This document shows positions 1 through 10,200 of a DNA stretch of 64,000 nucleotides, in pieces. The stretch spans positions 299,906-363,905 of the forward strand of contig MTMF02000009.1 in assembly GCA_002011125.2 (NCBI GenBank), read 5' to 3'. This DNA comes from Candidatus Hydrothermarchaeum profundi. Lineage in GTDB: Archaea; Hydrothermarchaeota; Hydrothermarchaeia; Hydrothermarchaeales; Hydrothermarchaeaceae. Position 1 is the stretch's first letter. Each line of letters starts with the position of its first letter. The notes below the pieces were generated by a model. That model was not told where the DNA came from, made no database searches, and saw only the letters and a list, made by a program, of their open reading frames with translations. The position numbers and the translations under genes were made by a program.

Positions 1-2679
1 AGGACTTTGACAGTTACCGCATAGGAATATTCCCTCTGAGCTGAACTCTAATGGTCTTAACTTCGCATGCGCCTCCATAAAGAACCCGTCTGGGCTACGG
101 GGGACTTTTAAAGCTTTTTGAATTTCTTCTATCCCTTCAGGTGGAACTTGTGGAGTGCTCAACACTAGATAATCCACCTCTAACTCCAATTCCTTCTGTA
201 AAAGAGCATCGTAGACCATGAGCTTAAGTTTATCTCCCGAGGTCTCCACTCTAGGAGGTCTTTCAGGGACGTATCTAACATATTGCACCCCATACTCGGC
301 CTGGGATTTACGATAATAGTCTTCATATTTCCCAAAGGTCATGATGTCCCGGAAAATGATAAATATCTTACCTTCAGGGTTTCTTTTCTTAAGAATAATG
401 GAATTCTTTACTGCCTCTATACAACACGTCCTTGAACATGATGGATGCCCTTCAACGCGTGCACCAACGCATTGAATCATAGCCAAGTTCTTGTAGCTCA
501 GGCCTTCTTTGAGTTTTGCTTCAAGCTCCATTTGTGTCATAACCCTCGGATTCTCGCCGTATAGGAACATGCCCTTAGGCTTCATCTCTTCACTACCTGT
601 TGCGATGACTATTGCTCCTGCCTTAATCTTTCTTATATCTCCATTTTCCTTTACATCGATCTCGAAATTTCCAACATAGCCATTCAATCCTGCTATAACG
701 GAATTCAGATGCACTGTTATCATCCCGCTCTTCTCAACCTGCTCTACTAGAGAATCAACCAGTTCTTTGGCGTCTATGCCTTCCATGAATACTGTGCTCA
801 TCTCAGAAACCGAACCACCAAGCTTGGAGCTTTTTTCTACTAGGTCTACTCTGAAGCCTTGCTTGGCTATTTCTAGAGCAGCCGTCATACCCGCTATCCC
901 TCCGCCAATGACTAAGGCCGATGGGCCTACTTCTATCTTCTTGCTCGTTTGCGGCTTAAGCAATCTAGCTCTAGCAACTGCCATCCTAACTAGATCTTTC
1001 GCCTTCTCTGTAGCTTTTTCAGGATCCTTCGCATGAACCCATGCATCGTGCTCTCTAATATTAGCCAACTCAAAGAGATATGGATTGAGCCCTGCTTCCT
1101 GGCATGTGCTCCTAAAAAGAGGCTCATGGGTTCTCGGCGTGCAGGATGCAACGATTACCCTGTTTAGGTCGTATTTTTTAATGTCTTTTTTAATTTGGGA
1201 GCGAGTATCATCGGAGCAGGTATATAACTTGTCAGTTGCATAAACAACGTTTGGCAGGCTCCTAGCATATTCCGCTACTGCCTTCACATCAACTACCGCT
1301 GCAATATTAAGACCGCAGTGGCAGACATAAACCCCTATTCTCGGCTCGCCTGATACTTCTTTTTCTGGTACTTCCTGCTTTATGGATAACTGTGTACCCC
1401 TAGACTCGACTAGGAGTCCTCCTACTTGGGCTGCTGCCCCACCCGCTTGTCCTACGGAGTCAGGAATATCCTTGGGTCCAACGCAGGCCCCAGTTATAAA
1501 AATGCCTTTTCTTGATGTATTGAATGGGGCATGTTCGTAGGTCTTGAAATAGCCGTATTCGTCTGTTTCAATCTGGAGTATTTCGGACAGTTTTTCGGAA
1601 CCTGAAGAAGGCTTCAAAGCTGATGCTAATACAACCATTTCGAACTCTTCTTGCTTGGCTTCCCCTGTGAAAGTGTCATCATAGTGAATAATGAGATTCC
1701 CTGTCCTCAGGTCTTCTGTGATAGCTGATGGCCGGGACCTTATATATCTCACATTGTAAGTGTTTTTTGCTTTGTCAGCATACTCTTGGAATCCTTTTCC
1801 AAAAGCCCTTAAATCCATATAAAAGATTGAAATGTCCAGATCAGGCGAGTGCTCTTTAGCGATTATTGCTTCTTTAGTTGAAGCCATGCAACATATCTGT
1901 GAGCAGTATGGGTAGTGCCTCACGTCTCTAGAACCTACGCACTGGATAAACGCGATTTTCTTGGGCTCTTTTCCATCAGAGGGTCTTATAACATGTCCTG
2001 CAGTAGGTCCAGAGGCGCTTAATAGCCTTTCAAACTGCAGATTTGTTATAACATTCTTATATACCCCATATCCATACTCTTCCAGTGCAGACGGGTTATA
2101 GAGATCATAGCCAGAAGACACTATTATTGATCCAACGTTTACCTTCACTATTTCATCTTTCATATCGTAATCGATAGCGTCTGCCTCGCAAACTATCTTG
2201 CACATGCCACAGTTAATGCAGTGTTCTTTGTCAATAGTGTATATTAGCGGGGCAGCCTGAGGAAAAGGTATGTAAGCCGCTTTTCTAGAGCCAAGTCCCA
2301 TATCAAACTCGTTAGGAATCACTGAAGGACATACCTCTGCACATAGACCGCAACCAGTGCACTTATCCTCCCTGATATACCTGGCCTTTCTTCTTATAGT
2401 TACTTGGAAATTGCCCTCCTCACCATCTATTGCTTCAACCTCTGATAGAGTCATAACTTCTATGTCAGAGTGTCTGACAGTCTCCACCATTTTAGGAGCC
2501 AGCGTACACATAGCGCAGTCATTCGTTGGGAAGGTCTTATCCAGCTGCGCCATTCTGCCACCTATTGTCGGGCTCTTCTCCACTAAATAAACCTTAAACC
2601 CTGACTCTGCTAAGTCAAGGCTTGCCTGTATTCCAGATACGCCAGCTCCTATTACGAGTACTGACCCTATTTTATCCAT
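1..2679 (-). CDS. hdrA: Large heterodisulfide reductase subunit A-like flavoprotein (tandem HdrA architecture), runs off the left edge of the window
   Basis: Manual translation from ATG 2679: MDKIGSVLVIGAGVSGIQASLDLA...GGRMAQLDKTFPTNDCAMC, ferredoxin CxxCxxC motifs, CVGSRD...YCSQICC, then RIGVYVCHCG...CTPRTHEPLF and a second GGGIAG FAD site. Absent from the ORF track because there is no stop in the window. Confidence 0.93.
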   Translation of the reverse strand, partial: MDKIGSVLVIGAGVSGIQASLDLAESGFKVYLVEKSPTIGGRMAQLDKTFPTNDCAMCTLAPKMVETVRHSDIEVMTLSEVEAIDGEEGNFQVTIRRKARYIREDKCTGCGLCAEVCPSVIPNEFDMGLGSRKAAYIPFPQAAPLIYTIDKEHCINCGMCKIVCEADAIDYDMKDEIVKVNVGSIIVSSGYDLYNPSALEEYGYGVYKNVITNLQFERLLSASGPTAGHVIRPSDGKEPKKIAFIQCVGSRDVRHYPYCSQICCMASTKEAIIAKEHSPDLDISIFYMDLRAFGKGFQEYADKAKNTYNVRYIRSRPSAITEDLRTGNLIIHYDDTFTGEAKQEEFEMVVLASALKPSSGSEKLSEILQIETDEYGYFKTYEHAPFNTSRKGIFITGACVGPKDIPDSVGQAGGAAAQVGGLLVESRGTQLSIKQEVPEKEVSGEPRIGVYVCHCGLNIAAVVDVKAVAEYARSLPNVVYATDKLYTCSDDTRSQIKKDIKKYDLNRVIVASCTPRTHEPLFRSTCQEAGLNPYLFELANIREHDAWVHAKDPEKATEKAKDLVRMAVARARLLKPQTSKKIEVGPSALVIGGGIAGMTAALEIAKQGFRVDLVEKSSKLGGSVSEMSTVFMEGIDAKELVDSLVEQVEKSGMITVHLNSVIAGLNGYVGNFEIDVKENGDIRKIKAGAIVIATGSEEMKPKGMFLYGENPRVMTQMELEAKLKEGLSYKNLAMIQCVGARVEGHPSCSRTCCIEAVKNSIILKKRNPEGKIFIIFRDIMTFGKYEDYYRKSQAEYGVQYVRYVPERPPRVETSGDKLKLMVYDALLQKELELEVDYLVLSTPQVPPEGIEEIQKALKVPRSPDGFFMEAHAKLRPLEFSSEGIFLCGNCQSP

Positions 2680-3825
2680 TTACTTATACTCCGGGACATA
2701 TTTTCCTTCTTTATTCCTACTTTCAGCTGTAGCTTCTCTTTTCTTCTTTTTTAGTGAAACATTCTTCTTAATCTGAGAAACATCTACCTCATCCTTGGTC
2801 TCGATATACCCGAGCTCCAAGGCTTTTTCTACTAGTTTCATTCCTTTTTCGCTTCTAACAATCACGGTAGACCAACCTGTCTCTGTACCAATACTGCCCG
2901 CTGTTAAATCCGAAAACTCGGCAGTAAAATCAATACATAGATTACAAGACTCAGGTACACATTCGTTAAATTTCTTCACCGATACAGAGAGCTCCTCTCC
3001 GTCTTTTTTGGTTATAATAAATTTACCCTTAGTTATATCTGTCTTAACTATGTCTTCCAAGTTGACTCCAAACTCTCTTTCAAGAGCTTTACTTATACAG
3101 GGGTAAGGGAAGTTTTCAAAACAGAAAAGTCCAATCAAAGTTAGGTCTAAAGGCCTCTCAGACTCTTTAGTTTTCTCTACCACATCTTTTAATATAGAAT
3201 GCATTGCACGTCTAGCTCCAGCTATCTGACACCCAGTTCCAACCAATGCGAGGTTACGGATTTCCCTTATCATCTTACCGAATTTCATTGCTGTAGGAGT
3301 CCGGGTATACTTGGTTCCTGAGGCGCTCATCAGCTCTTCTGGGGTTCTAGCAATTTGTGCCTCAGTCTTCCAGTTGTCCATCCTATTGGCAACGATTGCA
3401 CCTCCAATTAGGCCGGATTTCAAAGCCGCTGCTAAGATAGCAGTGACAGCGCCTCCATCCTGCGCTCTTTCAAGGATTTCCTTCTTTTTGGACCTAACGG
3501 CTAGGAGCTTCTGGTAAAAACCGAGGTCTTCATCCTCTCTTACGCTACCGAAGGTATCCTGTTCTAAATCTTGTTTACTATAGGATACCATCGGACAGCA
3601 ATCATAGCATGTTCCTTCGGTAGAGCATTTCACGGCTCCTATCTCCAAATTACAATCCTTTTCAAGCTCTGGAATGCCGTCTTCGTTAATTATTATCCGC
3701 TCGCAAAAAGCAGCACAGTTGCTACAACCAGAGCATATACCCTGGTCTATTACGGTTTTTTTCAACTCACTGAAACCCTTACTGGGCTTCATGAGAGGTA
3801 TGAAGTTTTCAATCTCAACTTCCAT
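2680..3825 (-). CDS. Coenzyme F420 hydrogenase/dehydrogenase beta-subunit family protein (FrhB/FdhB/FpoF-like)
   Basis: N-terminal CSGCSNCAAFC, AQDGGAVTA, SGTKYT, VGTGCQ, GLFCFENF, CNLCIDFTAEFSDLTAGSIG motifs. Confidence 0.9.
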   Translation of the reverse strand: MEVEIENFIPLMKPSKGFSELKKTVIDQGICSGCSNCAAFCERIIINEDGIPELEKDCNLEIGAVKCSTEGTCYDCCPMVSYSKQDLEQDTFGSVREDEDLGFYQKLLAVRSKKKEILERAQDGGAVTAILAAALKSGLIGGAIVANRMDNWKTEAQIARTPEELMSASGTKYTRTPTAMKFGKMIREIRNLALVGTGCQIAGARRAMHSILKDVVEKTKESERPLDLTLIGLFCFENFPYPCISKALEREFGVNLEDIVKTDITKGKFIITKKDGEELSVSVKKFNECVPESCNLCIDFTAEFSDLTAGSIGTETGWSTVIVRSEKGMKLVEKALELGYIETKDEVDVSQIKKNVSLKKKKREATAESRNKEGKYVPEYK

Positions 3826-3829
3826 TTTA

Positions 3830-4948
3830 TCACCTCGATAGGGCCTTTACAAGAGCCGTAGTGAAGTCCATTATCTCTATATTATAGTCTGGCTCAGATT
3901 TATCTCTTTGCAGGCATTTTAGGTGAATTTGGCACTTTGCACACGGTGTGATCATTATTTCTGCCCCAGTCTCCAAGGCGTCTTTCATCTTTTTTCTGCG
4001 GATCTCTTTGTTCTCATCGTCACAGTTCACCCATTGGGGTACGCCGCAGCATAGGGCATTTTCCCGGTTATTCTGCATTTCTACTATCTCATAGCCCATT
4101 TTGGATAAGAGCTCTCTAGGCTGGTCGTAGACTTCCATGAATCTGCCTAGCCTGCAGGAGTCATGGAAAGTAACTTTGGCTTTCTTGCCGTTTGGCTTTA
4201 ACTTGTCAACATATTCAACAAGATATTCCGAGATATGTTTGACATTTAACTCCGCGCCAAATTTTTCATTATAGTCAACTGCCAAGGTACGATAGCACTC
4301 AGGACAGCTAGTCACTATAGTCTTGTAATTTTGGAGATACTCTAAATTTTGCTCTGCAACCTTATTGAAGAAGTTTAACTGCCCCCTCCATAGCTGGTCA
4401 TGGCCACAACATTTTTCTTTCTCAGATACTGCGGGTCTAATTCCCGCAGCGTTAAGAAGTCTTATCGTATTATCAGCTATCCCCATTCCCTCGAAATTGA
4501 CATCTTCTTTAAATATGATGTCAAAGTAAGGTATGCATCCCATAAAATACAAAACATCACTATTATCATCTATCTCAACGTCTTTTGCTAGGAACTTTTT
4601 CCTCTTTGGATTGACCTTATCGCTGGCCATAATATTATAAAAAGCAAATGTATTCGAATGGGCGACATTGCAAAATCCATCCAACCCAGTTTGCCTAGCG
4701 GACTTTACTAGTTCCACGATGCCCACATTCATAGGGCATTTTTCCTCGCAGAGACCGCAGGTCAAGCAGTCCCAGCTACTCCCACTATTTATCACTCTCT
4801 CGGGATGCCCTATTAGAGTATTAAACACCATTCTCCTAGGTAGAAAACCCGGTTTAACTCTGGCTTTAGGACATATTCCTGAACAAATAGCGCACTGATA
4901 ACACCTACTGATATACTCCCCTACCAAAATAGAAGCTTTGCTTTCCAC
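3830..4948 (-). CDS. HdrD-like Fe-S oxidoreductase (4Fe-4S dicluster plus two CCG domains)
   Basis: CYQCAICSGICP, CLTCGLCEEKCP, CCGH, SCPEC, HDSCRLGR, CCG, TPCAKC motifs; GTG start. Confidence 0.88.
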   Translation of the reverse strand: MESKASILVGEYISRCYQCAICSGICPKARVKPGFLPRRMVFNTLIGHPERVINSGSSWDCLTCGLCEEKCPMNVGIVELVKSARQTGLDGFCNVAHSNTFAFYNIMASDKVNPKRKKFLAKDVEIDDNSDVLYFMGCIPYFDIIFKEDVNFEGMGIADNTIRLLNAAGIRPAVSEKEKCCGHDQLWRGQLNFFNKVAEQNLEYLQNYKTIVTSCPECYRTLAVDYNEKFGAELNVKHISEYLVEYVDKLKPNGKKAKVTFHDSCRLGRFMEVYDQPRELLSKMGYEIVEMQNNRENALCCGVPQWVNCDDENKEIRRKKMKDALETGAEIMITPCAKCQIHLKCLQRDKSEPDYNIEIMDFTTALVKALSR

Positions 4949-5042
4949 TGTACCAGACCCAAAAAGAACCTTTATAAATCACATTTAAAAGTATAGTTAT
5001 AAATTCCGTCGGTAATGTACAAATCTTTTTTGGATATGAAGA

Positions 5043-5050
5043 TTTATATA
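5043..5050 (+). promoter_or_regulatory. Putative archaeal TATA box for the frhB-cdhAB operon, in the divergent intergenic region
   Basis: TTTATATA about 35 nt upstream of ATG 5084. Confidence 0.45.
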
Positions 5051-5083
5051 ATGGTTAATCATTACAAATTTGGTGGATGAGCT

Positions 5084-6223
5084 ATGACATACGCTATTTC
5101 AAAAGGTGAAATAATAGAATATACCTGGCTAGGTAAAGAAGAAGGATACAAGGCCCTTGAACAAGAAGTTATCTTCAAGGATCTTTGTTGTGGATGCGGC
5201 AATTGTGAAGCTGTATGCCCTGAAAATGTGATCAAAGTTAGCGAGTTCCCAGAACTGATCGGGAAGTGCACAAATTGCGGATACTGCCTAATGCAATGTC
5301 CTAGGAGCTTCTTTTCGAGCGAAGAAGCAGAAGAAAAACTTTTCGGGGAGATAACGGAAGACGAGCTTGGGCATATAGAAAGCAAGATTGGAGTAAGAGT
5401 GAAAGACGAGGAAATAAAGAAAGTCGTACAGGACGGCGGTTTTGTAACTGCTGCTTTGAAATACCTCCTTGAAAAGAATATCATAGATGGCGCAGTAGTT
5501 TCAGCGAAAGGAGAGGATAACCCCTGGTCTCCTATGGCAAAGCTCGTTGTTTCCCCCAGAGAATTATTAGAGAGCGCTGGTACTAGATACACAAACAGCC
5601 CTAATACTGCTGCTTTAAAAGAAGCAAAAGAGAAAGGACTAAAGAACCTCGCTATTGTTGGACTGCCATGCCAAATAGAGGCTGTGCGAAAGATCCAGAA
5701 TTACCCGATAGAAGATGTGGATATCTCTGATAGAATTAAGCTGACTATATCCATTTTCTGCTCATCAAACTTCATGTATGATGGGCTGATGAATAAACTC
5801 GTTCAAGAGAAATATAGAGTTCCTTTAAAGGATATCAAAAAGATGGATATAAAGGGCAAAAACGTGTTGGTTTTCACAGAGAAAGAAGAGGTCAAAATAC
5901 CTCTAAAAGAAGCATATACTGTGAAAAGGGAGCCCTGCAAAGTATGTTCTGACTTCACAGGCAGGCTGGCGGATATCTCTGCTGGGGCGGTAGGCTCTCC
6001 AGTTGGCTACACCACTGTTTTTGCAAGAACGAAATTCGCCGTTAAACTTTTAGATGACATGCTAAATTTCGGTATCTTTGAGACAATAGAACTGGAAGAA
6101 GAAAAACCGGGACTGGGAATAGCGAGAAAGCTTCAAATGAAGAAGGAAAAAGAAGCCTCTGAATATGTCAGGAAACGGATTAAAGAGGTCTTACCTCTTC
6201 CCTTTAAAGGATTGAAATTCTAG
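5084..6223 (+). CDS. Coenzyme F420 hydrogenase/dehydrogenase beta-subunit family protein with N-terminal 2x[4Fe-4S] domain
   Basis: CCGCGNCEAVCP, CTNCGYCLMQCP, QDGGFVTA, AGTRYT, VGLPCQ, CKVCSDFTGRLADISAGAVGS motifs. Confidence 0.9.
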   Translation: MTYAISKGEIIEYTWLGKEEGYKALEQEVIFKDLCCGCGNCEAVCPENVIKVSEFPELIGKCTNCGYCLMQCPRSFFSSEEAEEKLFGEITEDELGHIESKIGVRVKDEEIKKVVQDGGFVTAALKYLLEKNIIDGAVVSAKGEDNPWSPMAKLVVSPRELLESAGTRYTNSPNTAALKEAKEKGLKNLAIVGLPCQIEAVRKIQNYPIEDVDISDRIKLTISIFCSSNFMYDGLMNKLVQEKYRVPLKDIKKMDIKGKNVLVFTEKEEVKIPLKEAYTVKREPCKVCSDFTGRLADISAGAVGSPVGYTTVFARTKFAVKLLDDMLNFGIFETIELEEEKPGLGIARKLQMKKEKEASEYVRKRIKEVLPLPFKGLKF

Positions 6224-6237
6224 GAGGGTGTAAGAAA

Positions 6238-8583
6238 TTGCCAGAAACAAAGAAAATAAAAATAGACAAGCTCAAAGGTAAGGGCCTTACCTTCGAGGAT
6301 ATGATAATAGAGTTTGGTAAAATAGAAGAAGAATGGGACGAGCCAATGGGTCCTACTCCTAAGCCAAATCTCCTCGCCTTAAGATCATGGGATAGAAAGC
6401 TTCTTGAGAGATATGAGCCTTTCTATACCCCAATCTGTGATATGTGTTGCCACTGTGCTTTTGGCAAATGCGATCTTAGTGGAGGGAAAAAAGGTGCATG
6501 TGGCATAACTATAAGAGCTCAGCAGGCGAGACAGATAGCCTTGGAGAGCGCCATAGGTACTGCCTGCCATGGAGCTCACGCAAGACACATGTTGGAGCAT
6601 CAGATAAAAAGGAAAGGCAGAGATTATCCAATAGACCTAGGCCTCAATGTTGCAACGGAGGCTCCTATAACTAGGACGATTGTAGGTATAAAGCCTAGAA
6701 CTCTAGGAGATTTGGAGGAGGTAATGGATTACGCCGAAAAAGAATTGCAAAAAGTTCTTGCGTCTATCCATGCCGGCCAAGAGGGGGATTATATCGATTT
6801 TGAATCTAAGGCTTTGCATGTTGGAATGATAGACAACTTGGTTAAGGAGGTAGGGGACCTAGCTCAGATTGTGGGATATGATTTCCCTAAGGGTGACCCT
6901 AATGCTCCTCTGATTGAATTCGGTGTGGGAACTATAGATCAAACTAAACCTGTGATTCTTGCCATAGGGCATAACGCTGCTCCAGGTGCTGAAATCATAG
7001 ACTATTGCGAGAGACACAACCTCTCTGATAAGGTTGAGATAGCGGGCATATGCTGCTCTGCCCACGATTTAAGCCGCAAGAAGGATTCATGTAAGATAAT
7101 TGGACCCTTATCTATGCAGACCCGTTTCGTGAGGTATGGTATAGCGGATGTTATCGTGCTTGACGAGCAGTGCGTTAGAACCGACTTACTTGAAGAAGCT
7201 ATTAAGGTAAAAAGCCCAATAATTACAACTAGCGAGCAAAACTGCCGAGGATTAGAAGACCGGACAGACGATAACCCGGAGAATATTGTTAGGGACTTAG
7301 TTGAGGGTAAGATTCCAGGGGTCTTTATTCATGACCCAGCAAAGGTCGGGGAAGTAGCGGTTGAGGTGGCTTTAAAGATAGCTCCTCTGAGGAAGGATAT
7401 TAAAGCTATCCCTGACACGAAAGAGCTTATAGCACAGGCATCTCGTTGCGTAGCTTGTGAAGCCTGCCAGAGAGTTTGCCCTGTGAACCTGCATATCTCC
7501 GAGGCTCTAAAAGAAGCTGAAAAAGGAAAGATAGATAAGTTGGCAGAGTTGAGAGACCTTTGTGTTGGATGCATAAGATGCGAGTCCGCTTGCCCCAAGG
7601 AGATACCAATAGTATCCCTAATGGAGAAGGCTGTAGAGAAACAGATCAAAGAAGAGAAATCTAAAATAAGAGCAGGTAGAGGACCAATCCTAGATACTGA
7701 GATTAGAAATGTGGGTCCACCTATTGTTTTTGGCGAGATCCCTGGTGTAGTTGCTTTCGCTGGGTGCTCCAATTATCCTAAGGGTGCTAAAGAGATAGGT
7801 GAAATAGCTGAGGAATTTCTGAAGAGAAGGTTCATTGTGACCTCTTCGGGATGCGCTGCCATGGCCTTGGCCCAATATAAAACAGAGGATGGTGAAACAC
7901 TATATGAGAAATATCCTGGAATCTTCGACTCTGAAGGCCTCACTAACGTGGGTTCTTGTCTAGCTAATGCACATATCTTGGGCGCAGCGGTTAAGATACC
8001 GCACATATTTGCTAGGAGGAATCTCAGAGGGAACTTTGAGGAGATCGCTGACTATATCCTCAATAGGGTAGGAGCGGTTGGCGTAGTTTGGGGTACGTAT
8101 TCTCAGAAGGCCCTTGCTATCGGAACTGGGTTAAATAGGTGGGGTATACCTGTTATCCTTGGACCTCAGGGATCAAAATATAGGCGGCTCTACCTAGGTA
8201 GAAAAGATAAAGAAGAGAAGTGGGAGATATATAACGCCAGGACAGGCGAAAGGGTAAAAGTAGATCCCACTCCAGGACATCTCACCTACGTTGTTGAAAG
8301 CAAAGAAGAGGCCATTGTCGCTATTGCTAAGCTTGTGATGAGACCTAATGACACTACTAAGGGGAGACAAATCAAGCTGGCCCACTATATCGATCTGCAT
8401 AAAAGGTACATGGGAACTATGCCGGATGACTTGCACCTTTATGTGCGAATAGAGGGAGACATACCTATGAATATGAAAGAAGAGGTCAAAGAGATATTAA
8501 AAGAGAAGGGCTGGAAAGAAAGGATAATTCCTGATCCAACGCTTGTTGAAAGGCTTGTATGGAAAAAGGAGGCAAAGGCGTGA
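6238..8583 (+). CDS. cdhA: CO dehydrogenase/acetyl-CoA synthase complex alpha subunit
   Basis: EEWDEPMGPTPKP, CDMCCHCAFGKC, C-cluster ligand motifs GHN/GICC/EQC/AGCSN/SGC/GSC, two ferredoxin motifs; GGAGG RBS before the TTG start. Confidence 0.97.
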   Translation: MPETKKIKIDKLKGKGLTFEDMIIEFGKIEEEWDEPMGPTPKPNLLALRSWDRKLLERYEPFYTPICDMCCHCAFGKCDLSGGKKGACGITIRAQQARQIALESAIGTACHGAHARHMLEHQIKRKGRDYPIDLGLNVATEAPITRTIVGIKPRTLGDLEEVMDYAEKELQKVLASIHAGQEGDYIDFESKALHVGMIDNLVKEVGDLAQIVGYDFPKGDPNAPLIEFGVGTIDQTKPVILAIGHNAAPGAEIIDYCERHNLSDKVEIAGICCSAHDLSRKKDSCKIIGPLSMQTRFVRYGIADVIVLDEQCVRTDLLEEAIKVKSPIITTSEQNCRGLEDRTDDNPENIVRDLVEGKIPGVFIHDPAKVGEVAVEVALKIAPLRKDIKAIPDTKELIAQASRCVACEACQRVCPVNLHISEALKEAEKGKIDKLAELRDLCVGCIRCESACPKEIPIVSLMEKAVEKQIKEEKSKIRAGRGPILDTEIRNVGPPIVFGEIPGVVAFAGCSNYPKGAKEIGEIAEEFLKRRFIVTSSGCAAMALAQYKTEDGETLYEKYPGIFDSEGLTNVGSCLANAHILGAAVKIPHIFARRNLRGNFEEIADYILNRVGAVGVVWGTYSQKALAIGTGLNRWGIPVILGPQGSKYRRLYLGRKDKEEKWEIYNARTGERVKVDPTPGHLTYVVESKEEAIVAIAKLVMRPNDTTKGRQIKLAHYIDLHKRYMGTMPDDLHLYVRIEGDIPMNMKEEVKEILKEKGWKERIIPDPTLVERLVWKKEAKA

Positions 8584-9095
8584 GAGTTACATCTTGGAGG
8601 ATGGGACATGATCAAGGGCCTAGAAGAGCTTGGCCCATTAATCCAGATGCTGCTAGCAGGCTTATAAAAAAAGCTGAGAGGCCTGTTCTTGTAGTGGGCT
8701 CTGCTATAGAGGAAGTAGATGGGTTAATAGATATAGCTGTGCGGGTATCTAAAACAGGGATACCTATCGCGGCGACTGGTCATTCGATAAAGTTCTTCGC
8801 AGATAAAGATGTTGATGTTGCTGAGGTAAACGTAGTAGAGATAACTAATATGCTCACTGATCCAGAATGGGAGGGTCTTGACGGTCAAGGGAAGCCTGAT
8901 TTGGTGATAATTCTAGGTGTTAACCTTGATCTAACTAATCAGACTTTTTCAACGTTGAAGAATTTCACTGATATCCCCGGCCTTAACATTAGTAGGTACT
9001 ATAATACTAATGCCACCTATTCTTTTCCAAACTTAGATAATGAGCTGTGGTTGGAGTACTTGAATCAGCTTTGTGAGAAGCTTGAAAGCGAGTGA
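8580..9095 (+). CDS. cdhB: CO dehydrogenase/acetyl-CoA synthase complex epsilon subunit
   Basis: GP..A..I.P...IKKAERPVLVVG, DPEWEGLDGQGKPDLVI, NATYSFPN; GTG start overlaps the cdhA TGA. Confidence 0.9.
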   Translation: MRVTSWRMGHDQGPRRAWPINPDAASRLIKKAERPVLVVGSAIEEVDGLIDIAVRVSKTGIPIAATGHSIKFFADKDVDVAEVNVVEITNMLTDPEWEGLDGQGKPDLVIILGVNLDLTNQTFSTLKNFTDIPGLNISRYYNTNATYSFPNLDNELWLEYLNQLCEKLESE

Positions 9096-9159
9096 AACTG
9101 CTTCAATTGCACGCTGAGAACCGTAAGCCTTTCTTAGGGTAGCTTCTAAAGTAGTTTAT

Positions 9160-10200
9160 ATGATCGAGATAGACGGCTCATATGGGGAAGGTGGCGGACA
9201 GATACTTAGGACATCCCTTGCTCTGAGCTCTCTAATAAGAAAGCCTATTAAGATAACAAACATAAGGGCTAATAGACCCAAACCTGGGCTGGCAAGACAG
9301 CACTTTATAGGGATAAAAGCCCTTAAAGAGATAACTAACGCAGATGTAAAGGGGCTAGATATTGGATCGACTGAGATAGAGTTCTATCCGGATAAAATTG
9401 GATCAGGCAGGCATCGGATAGAGATAGGCACAGCCGGCAGCATTACACTAGTCTTGCAGGTTCTTTTTATACCCTGTGCTTTTGCTTCAGGAAAAGTCGT
9501 GTTAGAAATATCTGGCGGTACTGACGTAAAGTGGTCCCCACCTATCGATTATGTTAGTAAGGTGTTTTTACCTATAGCCGAGAGAATGGGGCTTCGAGCT
9601 AAGTTGGAACTGATATCGCGGGGGTATTATCCTAAGGGAAATGGCAAGGTTAGAGTAGAAATCCATCCTGTTCATAGTTTTAAAGCGCTGAAAATCACTG
9701 AGCGAGGAGGGCTTAACTGTGTAAAAGGTGTGGCCCACTCTCTTAATCTTCCATGCCACATAGTTGAGAGGATGAGCAGGGCTGCTAAGGAAGTTCTCGA
9801 GGGATATAATTGCGATATATCTATTCAGTGTAAGAAGAACTTTTCAAGTGGGTGTGGGATAACTTTGTGGGCCGAGTATGAAAAAACCTCGCTTGGCTCT
9901 GGCTCTCTTGGCGAATTGGGAAAACCTGCGGAGGAGGTGGGTAGAGAAGCTGGTCTTGAGTTATTAAACGAGATCAGGGGTAAGAGCACGGTAGACCTTC
10001 ATATGGGAGATCAAATACTACCCTACATGGCGCTTGCCAAGGGTACCTCTGAGATAGTTGTCAGAGAAGTGACATCGCATTTGAGGACCAACTTGTACAT
10101 TATTGAAAAAATCTTAGGAAATAAATTTAAGATAAGTGAGGTAGATGGAGAGTATCTTATAAGGACTAAGGGCCTTGGTTTTGAGAATGAGAGTCTTTAA
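9160..10200 (+). CDS. rtcA: RNA 3'-terminal phosphate cyclase
   Basis: IDGSYGEGGGQILRTSL, RPKPGLARQH, GGTDVKWSPP, RGYYPKG, DQILPYMALA, catalytic His in TSHLRTN. Confidence 0.96.
   Translation: MIEIDGSYGEGGGQILRTSLALSSLIRKPIKITNIRANRPKPGLARQHFIGIKALKEITNADVKGLDIGSTEIEFYPDKIGSGRHRIEIGTAGSITLVLQVLFIPCAFASGKVVLEISGGTDVKWSPPIDYVSKVFLPIAERMGLRAKLELISRGYYPKGNGKVRVEIHPVHSFKALKITERGGLNCVKGVAHSLNLPCHIVERMSRAAKEVLEGYNCDISIQCKKNFSSGCGITLWAEYEKTSLGSGSLGELGKPAEEVGREAGLELLNEIRGKSTVDLHMGDQILPYMALAKGTSEIVVREVTSHLRTNLYIIEKILGNKFKISEVDGEYLIRTKGLGFENESL

Noticed and set aside
767-8436. Many short ORFs antisense to hdrA, frhB and cdhA (for example 5062-5592 and 7329-7772)
   Set aside because: Shadow ORFs fully overlapping well-supported genes.
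1-8583. Selenocysteine or pyrrolysine read-through in the redox genes
   Set aside because: No in-frame TGA or TAG was seen at Cys-motif positions in my reading of hdrA or in the provided translations.
10166-10200. Convergent 3' overlaps (rtcA/NOG1; also 15009-15028)
   Set aside because: Short convergent overlaps are common in compact archaeal genomes.
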